This document shows, piece after piece, positions 35,894-47,900 of a stretch of DNA of 64,000 bases. The first letter of the stretch is position 1; the number at the start of each line of letters is the position of its first letter. The stretch lies in assembly GCA_013239625.1 (NCBI GenBank), contig MU053431.1, positions 248,001-312,000 on the forward strand. The letters run 5' to 3'. The position numbers and the translations under genes are program-made. The notes beneath the pieces are model-generated. The model saw only the letters and a list, made by a program, of their open reading frames with translations, was not told the origin of the DNA and made no database searches. The stretch comes from Lama guanicoe (lineage: Eukaryota).

Positions 35894-38685
35894 TCAGTTT
35901 CATGATAGCTACATGTGCAGATGGATCGCTGAGGTGTATTTAGCAGGTGGCTGAGGGCGTGGCAGGTGCTCAGAACACCACTTAAACTAGAGTTTCGTTC
36001 CACAGAGAAATCAGATAGGCAGTGGCTCTAAAATGCTAATGTATCTAATTACGATTTGTACCTAAGGTACCGCTCAGTGTCAAGAGGCATCAAGACAAAA
36101 GATACCTACACTTCTGAAGTGTCTCATGGGGAGAAATTCGCAATAAGAAGAAAAGCAGTAAAACCCGAGTGGTCTCTTTCCTCCGGCACATCACAAGCCC
36201 TGGAGCTGACGAGATTCTGAGCCTGGAGTGTTTATCACCGTCCAGAGCGTAACTTGATTTTCAGCTTTGATGGAGTCAGCACGGCTGTTGCCAAGAGCTT
36301 GTTTTGACTTGTAAACAGTGCAAGTCTGGGGTAGAACTCAGTGATCCAGGAGGGAGATGGAAGTCTGCGTTATCATTTCCACCATCACACTTCAGACCCA
36401 GGGCTGTTGTTTTGTTTGTTTTGATTCTTTGCCGGTGTGTTTCCTATTATTTTTGCCAACCTCTTGTTTCCCAGCTGCTTGCCAGGATGCTGTCTCTCTA
36501 TTCAGGTGGTTGCAGGACTCGCAGCTGGAAAGTGGAAGAGCCTTTCAGCTCCCACAGATACCTACCCCACAGGATTTGAAGTTTCCCTTCTTTTTCTTTT
36601 CCTTTCCTTCCTTTGCTGAGTCAAGTGATGCTGTGTTCTCAGTGACAGCAGACAGCAGGGTAGAAAATTAAATGTATATAATTGTTAAAATACATGTAAA
36701 TAAGATTTATTTTACGTAAAATAACATTTATATCTCATTCCACTTACAAAGGTATTCCCTTTACTCTCCTGCTATTTGCTCTCTTTAGTGAAAGCACTTT
36801 GCTCACTCTGGCTGCCTAGTCCTTTATGTCTGACTATGGAGATTGCATCTGTTTGCATCTCTGGGTGGGTTCAATCGCCAGCAGTTAGAAAACTTCAGAG
36901 TGGGATCCAAATGTGAACTGGTCAACTCAGATCTTTATTATGTTGAAAAGGGGGAAAAGTCATTTATTCTTCTGAATGGTATCATTTGTTTAAATTATTG
37001 TTATCAACAGTGTGTTATTTGGGTGGTTTTCCACCCAGTTACCACTGGGCACGTTGCCGCACGGTTTATGCTGACCCGTCTCAGATTTTTCTTCCGCGTG
37101 TCAAAGATCGACTCCCCCGTGCTCTATTAAAGCTCTATTAAAAGCAAACATCTATTGGAAAGAAAAGCCTCCCATAGAAGAGGAGGAATTGATTCTGTGT
37201 CCTGGATCTGACCCACGTACTTCAGCCCGTGTGGCTGGCGGCTCAGGGGACCTCGGGGCATGAATTCCATGCCCAGGAACATGGCAGGAAGCCGGCCTGA
37301 GTGCTAGAGTGTGGACAGTTCTCTGAGGCCTCCGCCTTACGTCTCTTTCCTTGGCTCCATTCTCGATTTACCGTCCTGTATCACATTACCTCGGAGTCCT
37401 GGAGGCGCCGAAAATCAGCATGGGGAAGTAAACACCACCCCCACCCCGCCAGGACCCTGCCCAGGGCTTTCCGCCTCAGCTTCCTGATGCCCATTTTATG
37501 AGCGGCTTAAACCACGTTCAGATGGAGGTCAGAAGGTTACTGGGGCTTTATCTGCTCTCTCCTCTCCGGGCAGCGGGCTGGTAGAGCCCTGCGGCTGAAA
37601 GGGGCTGGGGAGCTAGGCCAGGAACGCAGTTGGCCATCAGTACACATGCATCGGCTTGGTGGGAAGAGAGAAATGGCGTTTTCACACGTGGCTGACGAAA
37701 TCCAGAGACCTGAAAGCCTGTCTGTGCATAGAGTTGTCGCTCCGGGTGAGGAGAGCAGAGCGCGGTGGCCTTAAAGCAGGTGAGATCAATCCGACGGTAT
37801 CAGCCCTGAGCACGCATTGCCAGGTCCTTCCTCCCCACGTGCACTGCCGTTCCGCGAGCACCCTATCTGCGCGCGCCCCTCGTCCCCGTGTCCACTGACC
37901 CATCCCGCACGTTCCTCCCGGGCCCCCTATTGTGCCACAGCTTGTGAGCAGCGCACGGACTGGGAGGGCCGGCCCATGGCCACGTGGCATGTCCTTTCGC
38001 TCAGGGGTCAGCAAACCTCGGCCCAGAGGCCAACCTCCAACTCCCTGACAGTTTCTGGAGGACCTGTCAGCTGAGAAAGTGTTTTGTGTTTTTGGTGGTT
38101 GAAAAATTTTCACAGGAAGCACTGTATTCGGTGGCACGTGAGAATGATGTGAAATTGAAGCCTCAGGGTCCATCAGTAAAGGTTTTACTGGAACAGAGCC
38201 ACGCCCTCAGCCGATGCGTCCTCTGTGGCGGCCTTCTCTGCGACACCGTCCAGCCCACAAAGCCTGCTCTGTTTGCTGTCTGCCCCTTTACAGAAAACGT
38301 TTACTGACCCCAGGTTCACTGAATGAGAAAAACAAGGCCATGTGACTTTCTTCAGGTGGAGCAAGACTCCAGACCCATTCTCTTTTCAACACGTGTGACG
38401 TCGTCTTTCTCTGAACCGTGAAGACCTGAGCGTTCATGTGTCTCTTTGCTTAACCAGACCGAGCAGCCGATGATGTTGGTTGGTGGCCGTGTGACTGGGG
38501 AAGCACCTTCACGTCGAAGCACCTTGGACGTGGAAACCATGAGACTTCTGTCCAAATTGTCACTGGACAGTGGCGGGGGATGGACCATGTGATGGGGTAA
38601 ACGAAGACGGCAGACACCCAGGTCCGGGCTGTTGTACAACCAGGAGAGGACTCCTCCTCTACTGGACCGTAGTGAATATGCCCGC

Positions 38686-39258
38686 NNNNNNNNNNNNNNN
38701 NNNNNNNNNNNNNNNNNNNNNNNNNNNNNNNNNNNNNNNNNNNNNNNNNNNNNNNNNNNNNNNNNNNNNNNNNNNNNNNNNNNNNNNNNNNNNNNNNNNN
38801 NNNNNNNNNNNNNNNNNNNNNNNNNNNNNNNNNNNNNNNNNNNNNNNNNNNNNNNNNNNNNNNNNNNNNNNNNNNNNNNNNNNNNNNNNNNNNNNNNNNN
38901 NNNNNNNNNNNNNNNNNNNNNNNNNNNNNNNNNNNNNNNNNNNNNNNNNNNNNNNNNNNNNNNNNNNNNNNNNNNNNNNNNNNNNNNNNNNNNNNNNNNN
39001 NNNNNNNNNNNNNNNNNNNNNNNNNNNNNNNNNNNNNNNNNNNNNNNNNNNNNNNNNNNNNNNNNNNNNNNNNNNNNNNNNNNNNNNNNNNNNNNNNNNN
39101 NNNNNNNNNNNNNNNNNNNNNNNNNNNNNNNNNNNNNNNNNNNNNNNNNNNNNNNNNNNNNNNNNNNNNNNNNNNNNNNNNNNNNNNNNNNNNNNNNNNN
39201 NNNNNNNNNNNNNNNNNNNNNNNNNNNNNNNNNNNNNNNNNNNNNNNNNNNNNNNNNN
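38686..39258. other. Assembly gap (573 N)
   Basis: N run with GC-rich edges. Confidence 0.99.
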
Positions 39259-39898
39259 CCTCGAGCCCGGCCGCCTCTCTCTCTTGCTTACTTTCCTCTG
39301 CACCGTGTCCCTCGTCTGATGTGAGAGGTCACTGTGACAGGCGTCTTCTTTTTTTCACATTTATTTCCTATCTGCTCCTTAAAGGATTTAAGGCAGTTTT
39401 CGACCAAAAGCTCTGTCTGTTCTCAAGTTGTTACAACAGCTAGAGAATTGTTTAAACCCCCAGATCCCAGTTTCCCAACTCTGCAGTTTGTTTTTAACCG
39501 TAATTGAGCAATTTCTGATGTTTTTTTACTAGTTTGAAGCAATCTCTCTGTGATTTACCACAGAAGGATTCCCAGCTGATTCTGTCTTCTTGGGCAGACA
39601 CAGAAGTGTCATCCTGAGGGCTACCTGCATGTCCCCAGCCTGCCCAGGCCCCTGCCGAGCGGGAGGCCCGCTGAGGGGTGCAGCAGGACTTGAGTCCCCA
39701 CGGGTGATGCTGACCAGCTGCTTCTAATGAGAACTTTGTGTAAAATGTAGAAGATGTCTCATTTTGCTCCACCTCACAATTAAAACCCCTTTATTTAGGC
39801 TCACACTAACCTCTGTCTTGATAAAGCCTGGTCTTTTCCCATTTGTGTCATTGCTAATTGTTCTGTGTCCTGGAATCACTGAATTATGACACTGGGCC

Positions 39899-39961
39899 TT
39901 GTTTTGGTTTGGTTTTTGTTTTTGTGTGCGTATACATGTATGTATGTGTATGTATGTGTGC
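39899..39961. repeat. (TTTG)-like plus (TATG)-like simple repeats
   Basis: Directly visible, imperfect. Confidence 0.75.
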
Positions 39962-40699
39962 ATTTTGATGGTTTGGGTTCCTGCTGCCAGTGAGCCCCGG
40001 CACAGGCACATCTGCGTGTCCTGACGTTTGCCGGCACCGCTCCCAGTGGAGGTGGGTGCTTGGTCATTAACTCCCGGTGGGTCTGGGCGCCTGGCCTGTC
40101 CGAGCCCAGGACTCGGGCCGAGGAAGCCTCTGCAGCCTCTGTTGATTTTGTGCATTTTCTCTGGGGACGTGCACCCGGCAGTCACTCCTCTCCATGTCAC
40201 ACAATCACTGCTGCAGCGTGGCCCTGCGGTCAGATGTCCCGAGTTAAAGTCCATCAGTGCCTGGAGCAAGTGCTTAATCTTTTTTAAGCTCCAGTCACCT
40301 CCTCGTAACCAAGGTGATGGCAGCATTAAGTGTGTCACTGATGGAGACGTCGTGGTACCTTCCGAAGGGAAGCCCCGGGTGCCGCGGTGCTTGTCAGCAG
40401 CATTTTGTTGTCATTGTCATTCTTGAAAGAACAGAAAGTGACAGCCTCACCTCGATACTCCAGTCATTCCTCCCATTCAGTCACATCTCCGTCCAGCTTC
40501 TTCAGCTGGTCGGGTCCCACCCTTGGGCCTCTCCGTCGGCTGCTCCTTGTTCTGTTCTGTCCGCTCTCTCCGACCTCAGGCCATGGGGGATGCAGGCTCT
40601 GATGCCCGGTTGCCGGGCAGCTGGCGGTTGTCCTCTCCCTGCTCCGACTTCAGGTACCACTGTCGGGAATTCTGTGGTCAGCCAGGTTGTCCCGCCTTC

Positions 40700-41880
40700 A
40701 CAGGAAATCTACCTTTTTTCTCCAGTCGCTTTTAACGTACCTCGTATGGTTTTCTTTTTAAAGTGTATCCTGTTTGGTACATTTTCTCTGTCATCCCTCA
40801 TGCAAAGTAACAGATTTTTAGAAGACATTGCTCCCCTCCTTGGCCTCCATCCCCGCTTCTGGAGTTCCTAGGGAAGGCTTATTGAGCCAGCTTGTTCTGC
40901 CGTCTGCGTCCTTGGCTCTGAACCCGTTGTCTGTACCCCGTTCCCTCCGTGCTGCTTTCTGAGCGGCTTCTCCCCCTCGCTTCCCGGTCTGTTCCTTCCG
41001 CCGGCTTTCCCTCCTCCTAACTCCCTCGCTGGCTGAGTCCTTAGTCCCTGCGGCTGCCTTTCCCTGTGGTTCTCCCAGTCCTGCCCGATCTGCCTTCACT
41101 GTGTTTTATTCTGGTCTCATGGCTTTGCTTCTTTTTTTCGTTTTAGGCCATTATTTTAAAATTTTATTTTACTTTCATTGAAGCGTAGTTGATTTACAAC
41201 GTTCTGTGCGTTTCTGGTGTGCAGTGTGGTGATTCAGTTACACACACACATATTCTTTTTCATATTCTTTTTCATTATAGGCCGTTACAGGCTATCGAAC
41301 ATAGCTCCCTGTGCTCCACGGTAGGCCCTTGTTTATCTGTTTTGTATATAGTGGCTTGTGTCTGTTAATCCCAAAGTCCTAACTTATCCCTCTCGCAGGG
41401 TCATTTTTAGCATTCTCAGTTTATAGTCGCATTTCTCTGTTATTTGCAGTGCTTGGGGTTCGACTCTTGCTCTGCGAATCCTCACCTACGGTAGAGTATT
41501 TCCTTCTGTGTGTCAGTTTGAATTGGGCATCTCTGTTCAGTGGGGTTTAGCTGTGGGCGGCTGAGACGCCCCGGTCGAGGGGTGTCCCCTTCAGGTCTAT
41601 ACTTGTTTCTGCCAGGTGTCCTGCCAGGGTTTTTGCTAGCTTTACACCAATTTCTGTGTTAAATCCTTGGCTTGGAGGTTTGGAGATCATCCGAGAGTCG
41701 AGTTTTGAACTCCAAACCAGTGTGGGATTCAGGCTCTGATGATCACTTCTCGGGAGAGACCTTTTATTTTTCTCCCCAAGGTGAGGCCAGGCAGAAACAG
41801 ACAAGCTCTGTGGCGTGGTGGGTGAATGATGCTTTTCTGGATTACCCTGTCACTAAGGGGGTGGCTTTTTGAGGGCCCTA
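40700..41880 (-). mobile_element. Old L1M 5'/ORF1-region remnant hosting a younger L1 tail
   Basis: T-rich, pyrimidine-skewed sequence with blocks like ttttctccagtcgcttttaac. Heavily decayed, boundaries approximate. Confidence 0.45.
41151..41394 (-). mobile_element. Cetartiodactyl-type LINE-1 3' end
   Basis: attgaagcgtagttgatttacaac...gtgattcagttac...atagctccctgtgct...ctgttaatcccaaagtcctaacttatccctc. Homologous to 33540-33765. Confidence 0.9.
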
Positions 41881-41949
41881 GTTTTGGGAGGGTCTCTGTC
41901 CTGCCTGCCCTCCTTGCTCTGTCCTCACTAGGACATAAATGTCTAAGTT

Positions 41950-42130
41950 GGCGTTCTTAAAATGCATTCCTGTGACCTAGCATATCCAACATCATTTGGA
42001 AGTTTTGAAATGCAGAATCTGACACCTGAAATGAGACCAACTAAATCAGAAACTGGGGAGGGGACTGGGATCTAGCTGAATGCGTTCTGACAAACCCTCC
42101 AGGTGACTCTGGTGCACCGGGAGGACACTG
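41950..42130 (+). mobile_element. MER5A-like hAT-Charlie element
   Basis: gaaatgcagaatct...aaatcagaaactgggg...acaaaccctccaggtgactctggtgca...cactg. Confidence 0.85.
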
Positions 42131-43239
42131 CTCCAGGGGGCCCTGGGAGCCACCCCGCACACACATGCCCCCGTCACGGCAGCTGCAGCTCAAGGCTGCC
42201 TCCTTGGGTTTAGTTTTCCTTTCCTAAATTCAGGCTTTCTTCACTCCTCCCAGCTTTCTTGGCTCTTCCTATAAAATCATGTTTATTAGTTTTATGAGCA
42301 TTTCTGTGTAATAATGGCAGGAGTGGTTTTGGCTGTCTTCTCTGCTGTCTCGCTGGAGCCAGAAGTGTATAACAACAGTGTTGGTGAGTCTCTAGATCGC
42401 CATTCCCACCCAGACTGTCAGCTGTGTGCGGGCAGAGGCAGTGCCTGTCTTTGCTCTTGACTGAATGCTCGGCTCCCGCTCAGCAGGAAAACATAGTAGT
42501 CACTCAACAAACCTTTGTAGGAGGGATAAATAAGTGAAAAGGGGAGACCTGAAATTCCTGCTGCTCCTGTACGAGGACATTCTACTGCAGTGAGATTGTT
42601 TGGTGTCACGCCCGCCCCGCCCTGTATTCCAGCTGTCTGCACATACCCCTCCCCAGTGTGGACCTTTCCCCCTGTTCTTTTTGCTGGTCCAAGAAACTTG
42701 AAGACTGGAGCCTCGGGAAGCCACTCCTCTTCCACCCAGGCCCCACCCCTACTTCTTCTTCCCTCTTTTCTGAGTCTAAGTGCACAGCTGGAGGGATCCC
42801 TTCCGCCGCTGTATAGGCTCCTTTCTCAGCGCCACCTCTTGCCTGGACGTGCGGCCTTAGTCCCTCTCCCTCTGTCCTCACCTGCGTGGTAGGAATCACG
42901 ACAGCACCTCTCATGGAGTAAGCGGAACCCTGGAAACATCTGGAAAGGCCAGCTATTATTTTCTTTCCTGTCTCTTTCTTCTCTGCCTGAGCAGCCTACA
43001 AATTGTGTGTCTCCCAAGCACCCACCACATTGCCCGGCGAAAAGAATGTTAGCAGAGTTAAGAGATGAACGAACAAATGGGCATCATTCCGACAGTAGCA
43101 GCTTCCAGGGGGTCATGCGGCTTTGGACACCAGTACGACGTCCAGTCTGCGCACGGAGCAGCCGTGTCATGTTAGGCGCTGCTCTGTAGTTCTCAGGGTG
43201 GTCTCCTACCCGCACTTCACTAACGTGAACTAAAAAAAT

Positions 43240-43657
43240 CTACACAAGTATTACGCGTGTAGGTCTCCTTGTGAAAACATCAGACATCACAGAAAAGAAT
43301 AAAGCTCCGCTTAACATCACAGACAGGCCTGGTCCTCACCCCGTTACTGCAAGGGATTGAGCCGAGTCCTTTACGCGTTCTTACGGCAGACACGTATTTA
43401 CAGAAGCGAGGAGTCTGTGTGTGCGTAACACCGATGGGATTATGCTGAAAATACAAGGCTGCAGCTCAGTGATCGCATCTGGGGAATCTGTCCGTGTCAG
43501 TGTGTGGAGCTGGCGTCTTCCTGACAAGAGCTGCTCTGCAGTCGCAGTGCAGAGGTGCCCCCGTGAGTACAGCCGACCTCTCGGCCAGTCCCCCGTTAGC
43601 TTGTTGCAGGACCGGCTTTCATATTAGAAGCAGTGCCACAAAGAACCTCCTTGAAAC
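43240..43657 (-). mobile_element. Decayed L1ME-like 3' region, GC-shifted
   Basis: atgggattatgctgaaaatac...ctggggaatctgtccgtgtcagtgtgtggagct...cagtgccacaaagaacctccttg follows the antisense L1ME order. Confidence 0.55.
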
Positions 43658-44122
43658 TGACGTTCCTTGCTTGACCCGACTTCAGTCAGTCTCCCCCAAA
43701 CTCTGCCCAGCGAGGCCCATCCCTGCGCTTCCTTGTAGAACCCAGACTCAGCAAGACTGAGCAAGAGCCCTGCCAAGGCAGAGTGGCGAGGATCCCCCAC
43801 CCTGACGTCTGGTCACGCTCCCCACCCCCAGTGTCGCCCCAGGCGATGTCCACCCCCGCCCCGGCCTGCCCCAGCAAGACTGCCATTGGGTAGTTTTACT
43901 GGAGCCCCTCTCAACTTGATGTGCCTTTTAGTAATTTCCCATCTTCTGATGTCTACCTTCCCGCAACTTGTTCCTTGGCTGTAAAACCCCACTTGTTTCC
44001 GTTGTATCGTGAGAGCTGAGCCTGGTTCTATGTTGGAGTCTCTCTTCCCCCACTGCAATCGTTTTTGCATAAAGGCTCCCTTCACCACTTTTATTTTTGT
44101 CCAGCTCTGTTCTCTTTAATCA
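43658..44122 (+). mobile_element. MER31-like ERV1 solo LTR
   Basis: cttgacccgacttcagtcag..., the duplicated agcaaga...cctg blocks, ttagtaatttcccatc, tccttggctgtaaaaccccacttg and a ...tctttaatca end match recalled MER31. Confidence 0.82.
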
Positions 44123-44786
44123 CACACACACACACAAATGTATGTAGCATTATATAAATTATACATTGTAGACATTGTATATATTATATTAGGTACAATG
44201 CACACACATTATGGAAATTATAGATCATATAAATCACACACAAATGTGTGCTTTCTCTGTATCAACGACTGACTCTCATTTTTAATTCTTTTTAAATGCA
44301 CCCAATCTCTGAAGCAGCCCTTGAACAAGGCAAAGTAGCATCATTTCCTGCGCATTTCACACCTATTCAGACAGTAGACTTTGAGCGCTTACTGGGTCAA
44401 GTTTTACACGCTGGTGGCTGCCCCTCCGCTACCTGATTGAAATAGATCTCGGAACGCTGCGGTCCCGCGTGTGCAGACCCACCTCCCGGGGCTCACGTTC
44501 CTTGCTCACTGCTACCTGTCCAGTCCAGCAATGAGACTGTCTCTCTGCTCACATTATGCTTCGATTTTGCCCCATTTCCTTCCAGCTTAGTTCCATCTTG
44601 TGAAAATAGATTAAAGACCTTATAATCTACATATGTATTGTGTTTGCTTCAAGTTTTCCAACCTAATTACTAAAGTGGCTTAAGGCAAAACTTCCTTTGC
44701 AACGGCACCCCTCCTCACTCGAGCAATTGAATTTACTCCCTATCACATTAGAGCGAGATATGTTTTAAAAAGGACCCTGAAATTGA

Positions 44787-44828
44787 ACACACACACACAC
44801 ACGCGCGCGCGCGTGCGCGCGCGCGCGC
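44787..44828. repeat. (CA)n(CG)6-TG-(CG)6C alternating purine-pyrimidine tract, 42 bp, Z-DNA-prone
   Basis: Directly visible. Confidence 0.95.
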
Positions 44829-44993
44829 CCTCCCCTGTGAAGACAGTAGGAGCAGAGCAGCATCGATCCGAGGTGTTTCAGGAACTGCCCGGACAGCTAA
44901 CCCATAAGTGACTGGTTCCCTCAGAGCCCTGCTCACTGCGGTCCATCTCCCTCCCCTGCTCCTTCCCGCCCCCTCCTGCTCCTGGTCACCCTT

Positions 44994-45010
44994 GGTGCCA
45001 TCTAGAGGCC
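44994..45010 (-). promoter_or_regulatory. CTCF-like core motif
   Basis: The minus strand reads GGCCTCTAGATGGCACC, one mismatch to CCASYAGRKGGCRS. Confidence 0.5.
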
Positions 45011-45186
45011 TCCACAACCATGCCGTTGCTAAGAGGAAACAGCAGAATGTCACCCGGTTTACAGCCCGTGGTTGCATTAAAACGTGAGAAATGCCTTGAA
45101 TCCATCAGTGCAAAAAGGAAAAAGGATGAGAGAGATTGCTGGGAGCACCTTTTGTTCCTGTCCTGCGTTCGTTGTCTTCAGTCTTT

Positions 45187-45211
45187 CGCGCGCGCGCGTG
45201 TGTGTGTGTGT
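45187..45211. repeat. (CG)6(TG)6T tract, the exact reverse complement of 44789-44813
   Basis: Directly visible. Confidence 0.95.
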
Positions 45212-45399
45212 CTGCGGGGTGGGGCTGGAAAACAATGTATGCTTATGATTTAAAAAAATCAAAGAGAGAAAAAGTTATAAAGAGATCGGTGTCTCTCTGA
45301 GTTCAGACCAGCATGTCTGGTGTGTGAATCCAGAACCATTCTTACGAGTTCAGTGTGGTTCCTCAGACACGTGTAGCTTCTCTCTCTGTGTCTTGGACC

Positions 45400-45735
45400 T
45401 GGCAGTCACAGAACACAGTGCTCACTGTTTTGCAGCTTGCTTTTGGCAGTTAGTCCGCATTCGAAGATTGTTTTATATTGGCCCACACAGAATACCTCGT
45501 ACCTCATTTCCCCCCCATAATTGTGGAATATTGCATTGCACGAATGCACTTGGATTTATTTAAAGAGCGCTGTATTAAGCGGCCTTTGACTATTGGTTAT
45601 AGTAACCAGTGCGGCAAAAAAAAAAAAAATTCCAAACAGCAGTTTCTGCGTGTGTCCTTCTTTCATGAAAGTATGTCTGAGGATGAATTCTAAGAAGTGG
45701 AATCCTGGGCCACAGGATATGCGCCATTTCTAAGG
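45400..45735 (-). mobile_element. Decayed L1ME-like fragment
   Basis: ctgttttgcagcttgctttt...aatattgcattgcacgaatgcac...ggatgaattctaagaagtggaatcctgggccacaggatatgc. Confidence 0.65.
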
Positions 45736-45741
45736 GAAGAT

Positions 45742-47080
45742 TTTTATTGAAGTAACAGTTGTGCAGAAAATGTGTAAGTCAGAGTGTACACACAGATGTA
45801 TGGATTTTCACAAAGACAGCACACACACAGGACAGTCCTCCCGACCGAGGAAAGCATGTGACGAAAAGGAAAGTAGTCTCCTTGGGCCGCAGCCGGACCC
45901 GGTCCCCCCCGCCCAAGAGAACCCACCGTCCGGCTCCCACCCCCAGAGCTGGGCTTCCGCCTGCGTGAAGGCTGGATAATGGAAGCACACAGTAGGTGCT
46001 CTTTTGTAGGTTACGTTTGTGGCATCTGTCTGCATTATCCTGTGCCACGATAATGGGCACATTCTTACTGCTGTGCGGTACCTGCGGTATAAATAGGACC
46101 ACTGTCTGCCCGCTCCGCTGTTGATGGATGTCTGGGTGGTTTCCGTATTTTGTCTTTTGCAAATAATGCTGCCGTGAACATGACTGACGTGACTTCAGTG
46201 TGTAGAACTGTGTGCTTCTGTTGAGTGTGTCCCTAAGAGGCAGCTCGTTTGGTCATGGATTATCTGTGTGTTCAGCTGCGTGGAGCCTCCAGAGGAGACT
46301 TGCAGGTGGGTGTAACATTTAACCTCCCACAAGCAGCGCACGGGGTTCCAGGTTTGCTCCGTGTCCTCACCAGTATTTGGTGTTTTCTCTTTCATTTTAT
46401 CCATCCTGGTTCAGCACGCAGTGACGTCGTGTTTGCATTTAACTTGCTTTTCCATGATTAAAACTGCTGATTACCTTTTCACAAGTGTAGAGGTTCTTGG
46501 TGAAAAGAATAATCTTTTTTTTTTTTTTTCCTGCTGGGATAGGTGTCTGTCTCTTCTCGGTTTGTAAGAACTCCTCATGCACTCAGGACCAGAGGGTCTT
46601 TGCTGGCAGTGGGTGTCGCAGGCCCCTTCTCCCGCGCTGTCTGGCCTGTGCACTCTCTTAAGGCGACGTGTGTCGATTTTAAGGATAACAAATTAATCGT
46701 TCTTTCCTATACGGTTAGTGCTACTTGTGTCCTGCTTTAAAATATTTACTGCTTCAAAGTAATGAAGATATTCTGCACTTTCTTCTCCAACATTTACTGT
46801 GTCGGCCTTCACATCTGTGGCCTGTCTGGGTTTGGCGTAAGGGTGTGGTGCGCGTCAGGAGTCAGGACACACCCTTTTCCCGCGTGGATATCTGAGTGAC
46901 CCTGTGCCGTTTACTGACGAGACCGTCCTCCCCTCTCTGCACTGTTGTCACCTTCGCGGTGACTCCAGGGATGATGTCCGTGTGGGTGGCTTCTGCCCTG
47001 CTGGTCCAGCTGCTCACCTGAGCTCTCCTGTGCCCTGCCTGTCCCCGCAGGGGTCCCCGATGAGGGCCCGGGTGGTTGCC
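45742..47080 (-). mobile_element. L1M (L1MC/MD-like) 3' UTR and ORF2 end, GC-shifted
   Basis: Starts tttttattgaagtaac. Contains ctgttgatggatgtctgggtggtttcc, aataatgctgccgtgaacat, cctcccacaagcag...gttccag and gtttgcattt...atgatta. Confidence 0.85.
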
Positions 47081-47539
47081 AGCACCCCTCCTCCATGGCC
47101 CTAGACTAGATTGCTGAAAACTTGGCCCACCCTTTTCTGCCCCACTGGTGGCTTCGTGGCGCTGCCTTGCACAGTTCGGGGACAAGAGTACAGAAAATCA
47201 GGTTCACTGCTTAATCCTCCTCCTTTTCCAAAGGGTCTTGGCCCCCATCTCCCTGCAGCCCCCAACTCCGGTTTTCGTCTCCTCGGGGTGACGAGGGGGC
47301 AGGAAGGTACTGGTCCTCCTGCCCAGCACCACCCCCGCTCCCATCTGCCCACAGGGACTCTCAGGATGTGTGGGGGGGGTCTGGGCTACACTGGCTGCAG
47401 GGCTTGTAGATGGATGCTCCACAGGTGGTTCTCTCCATCTTTCTCTCTTGCTCTCGTGGTTTTATCATCTTCTGTAAGCTGCTCCACTCGAGCCCAGAGC
47501 AGAAACCAGGCTGTGGGTGTTAAAACATTCTGATAAATG

Positions 47540-47900
47540 TAGTAAATATAAGAATAACCCTTCAAACACTAATTGCCCTTCAAACAGGTCACCCGGTGTA
47601 TACAGTAGACCCACCTTAGCTAAAACTGTAAGAAGCTGATACTTAAATGGAAGTACAGGTTGATCCCAAGATGGGGAGTTGGTGTATTCCCAGCTATGCC
47701 TTTGGGTCCATTTATAACATTTAATCTGCCATCATTCATAGGAAATGCACTTGCAGCCCACATCAAAGAAACACAAATACGCCTTTGATGGTTTAATGGG
47801 ACCTGACAGGAAAAAGGCAGGTGGCCTGACCATCTCCGTGGTTTCAAATATGCTGCAAACTTTGTTAATGACATTCACCTTCTGGTTTCCTTTGAAGCAT
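47540..47900. promoter_or_regulatory. Candidate Wnt-responsive enhancer (TCF/LEF cluster)
   Basis: CATCAAAG at 47761-47768, CTTTGATG at 47783-47790 and CCTTTGAAG at 47889-47897, in sequence with no recognisable repeat. Confidence 0.4.

Noticed and set aside
38570..39324. ORFs of 214-249 aa
   Set aside because: They are read-through of the N gap.
47137..47152. Further CTCF-like strings here and near 4796-4810 and 58538-58553
   Set aside because: Each has two or more mismatches or a spacing error in the core.
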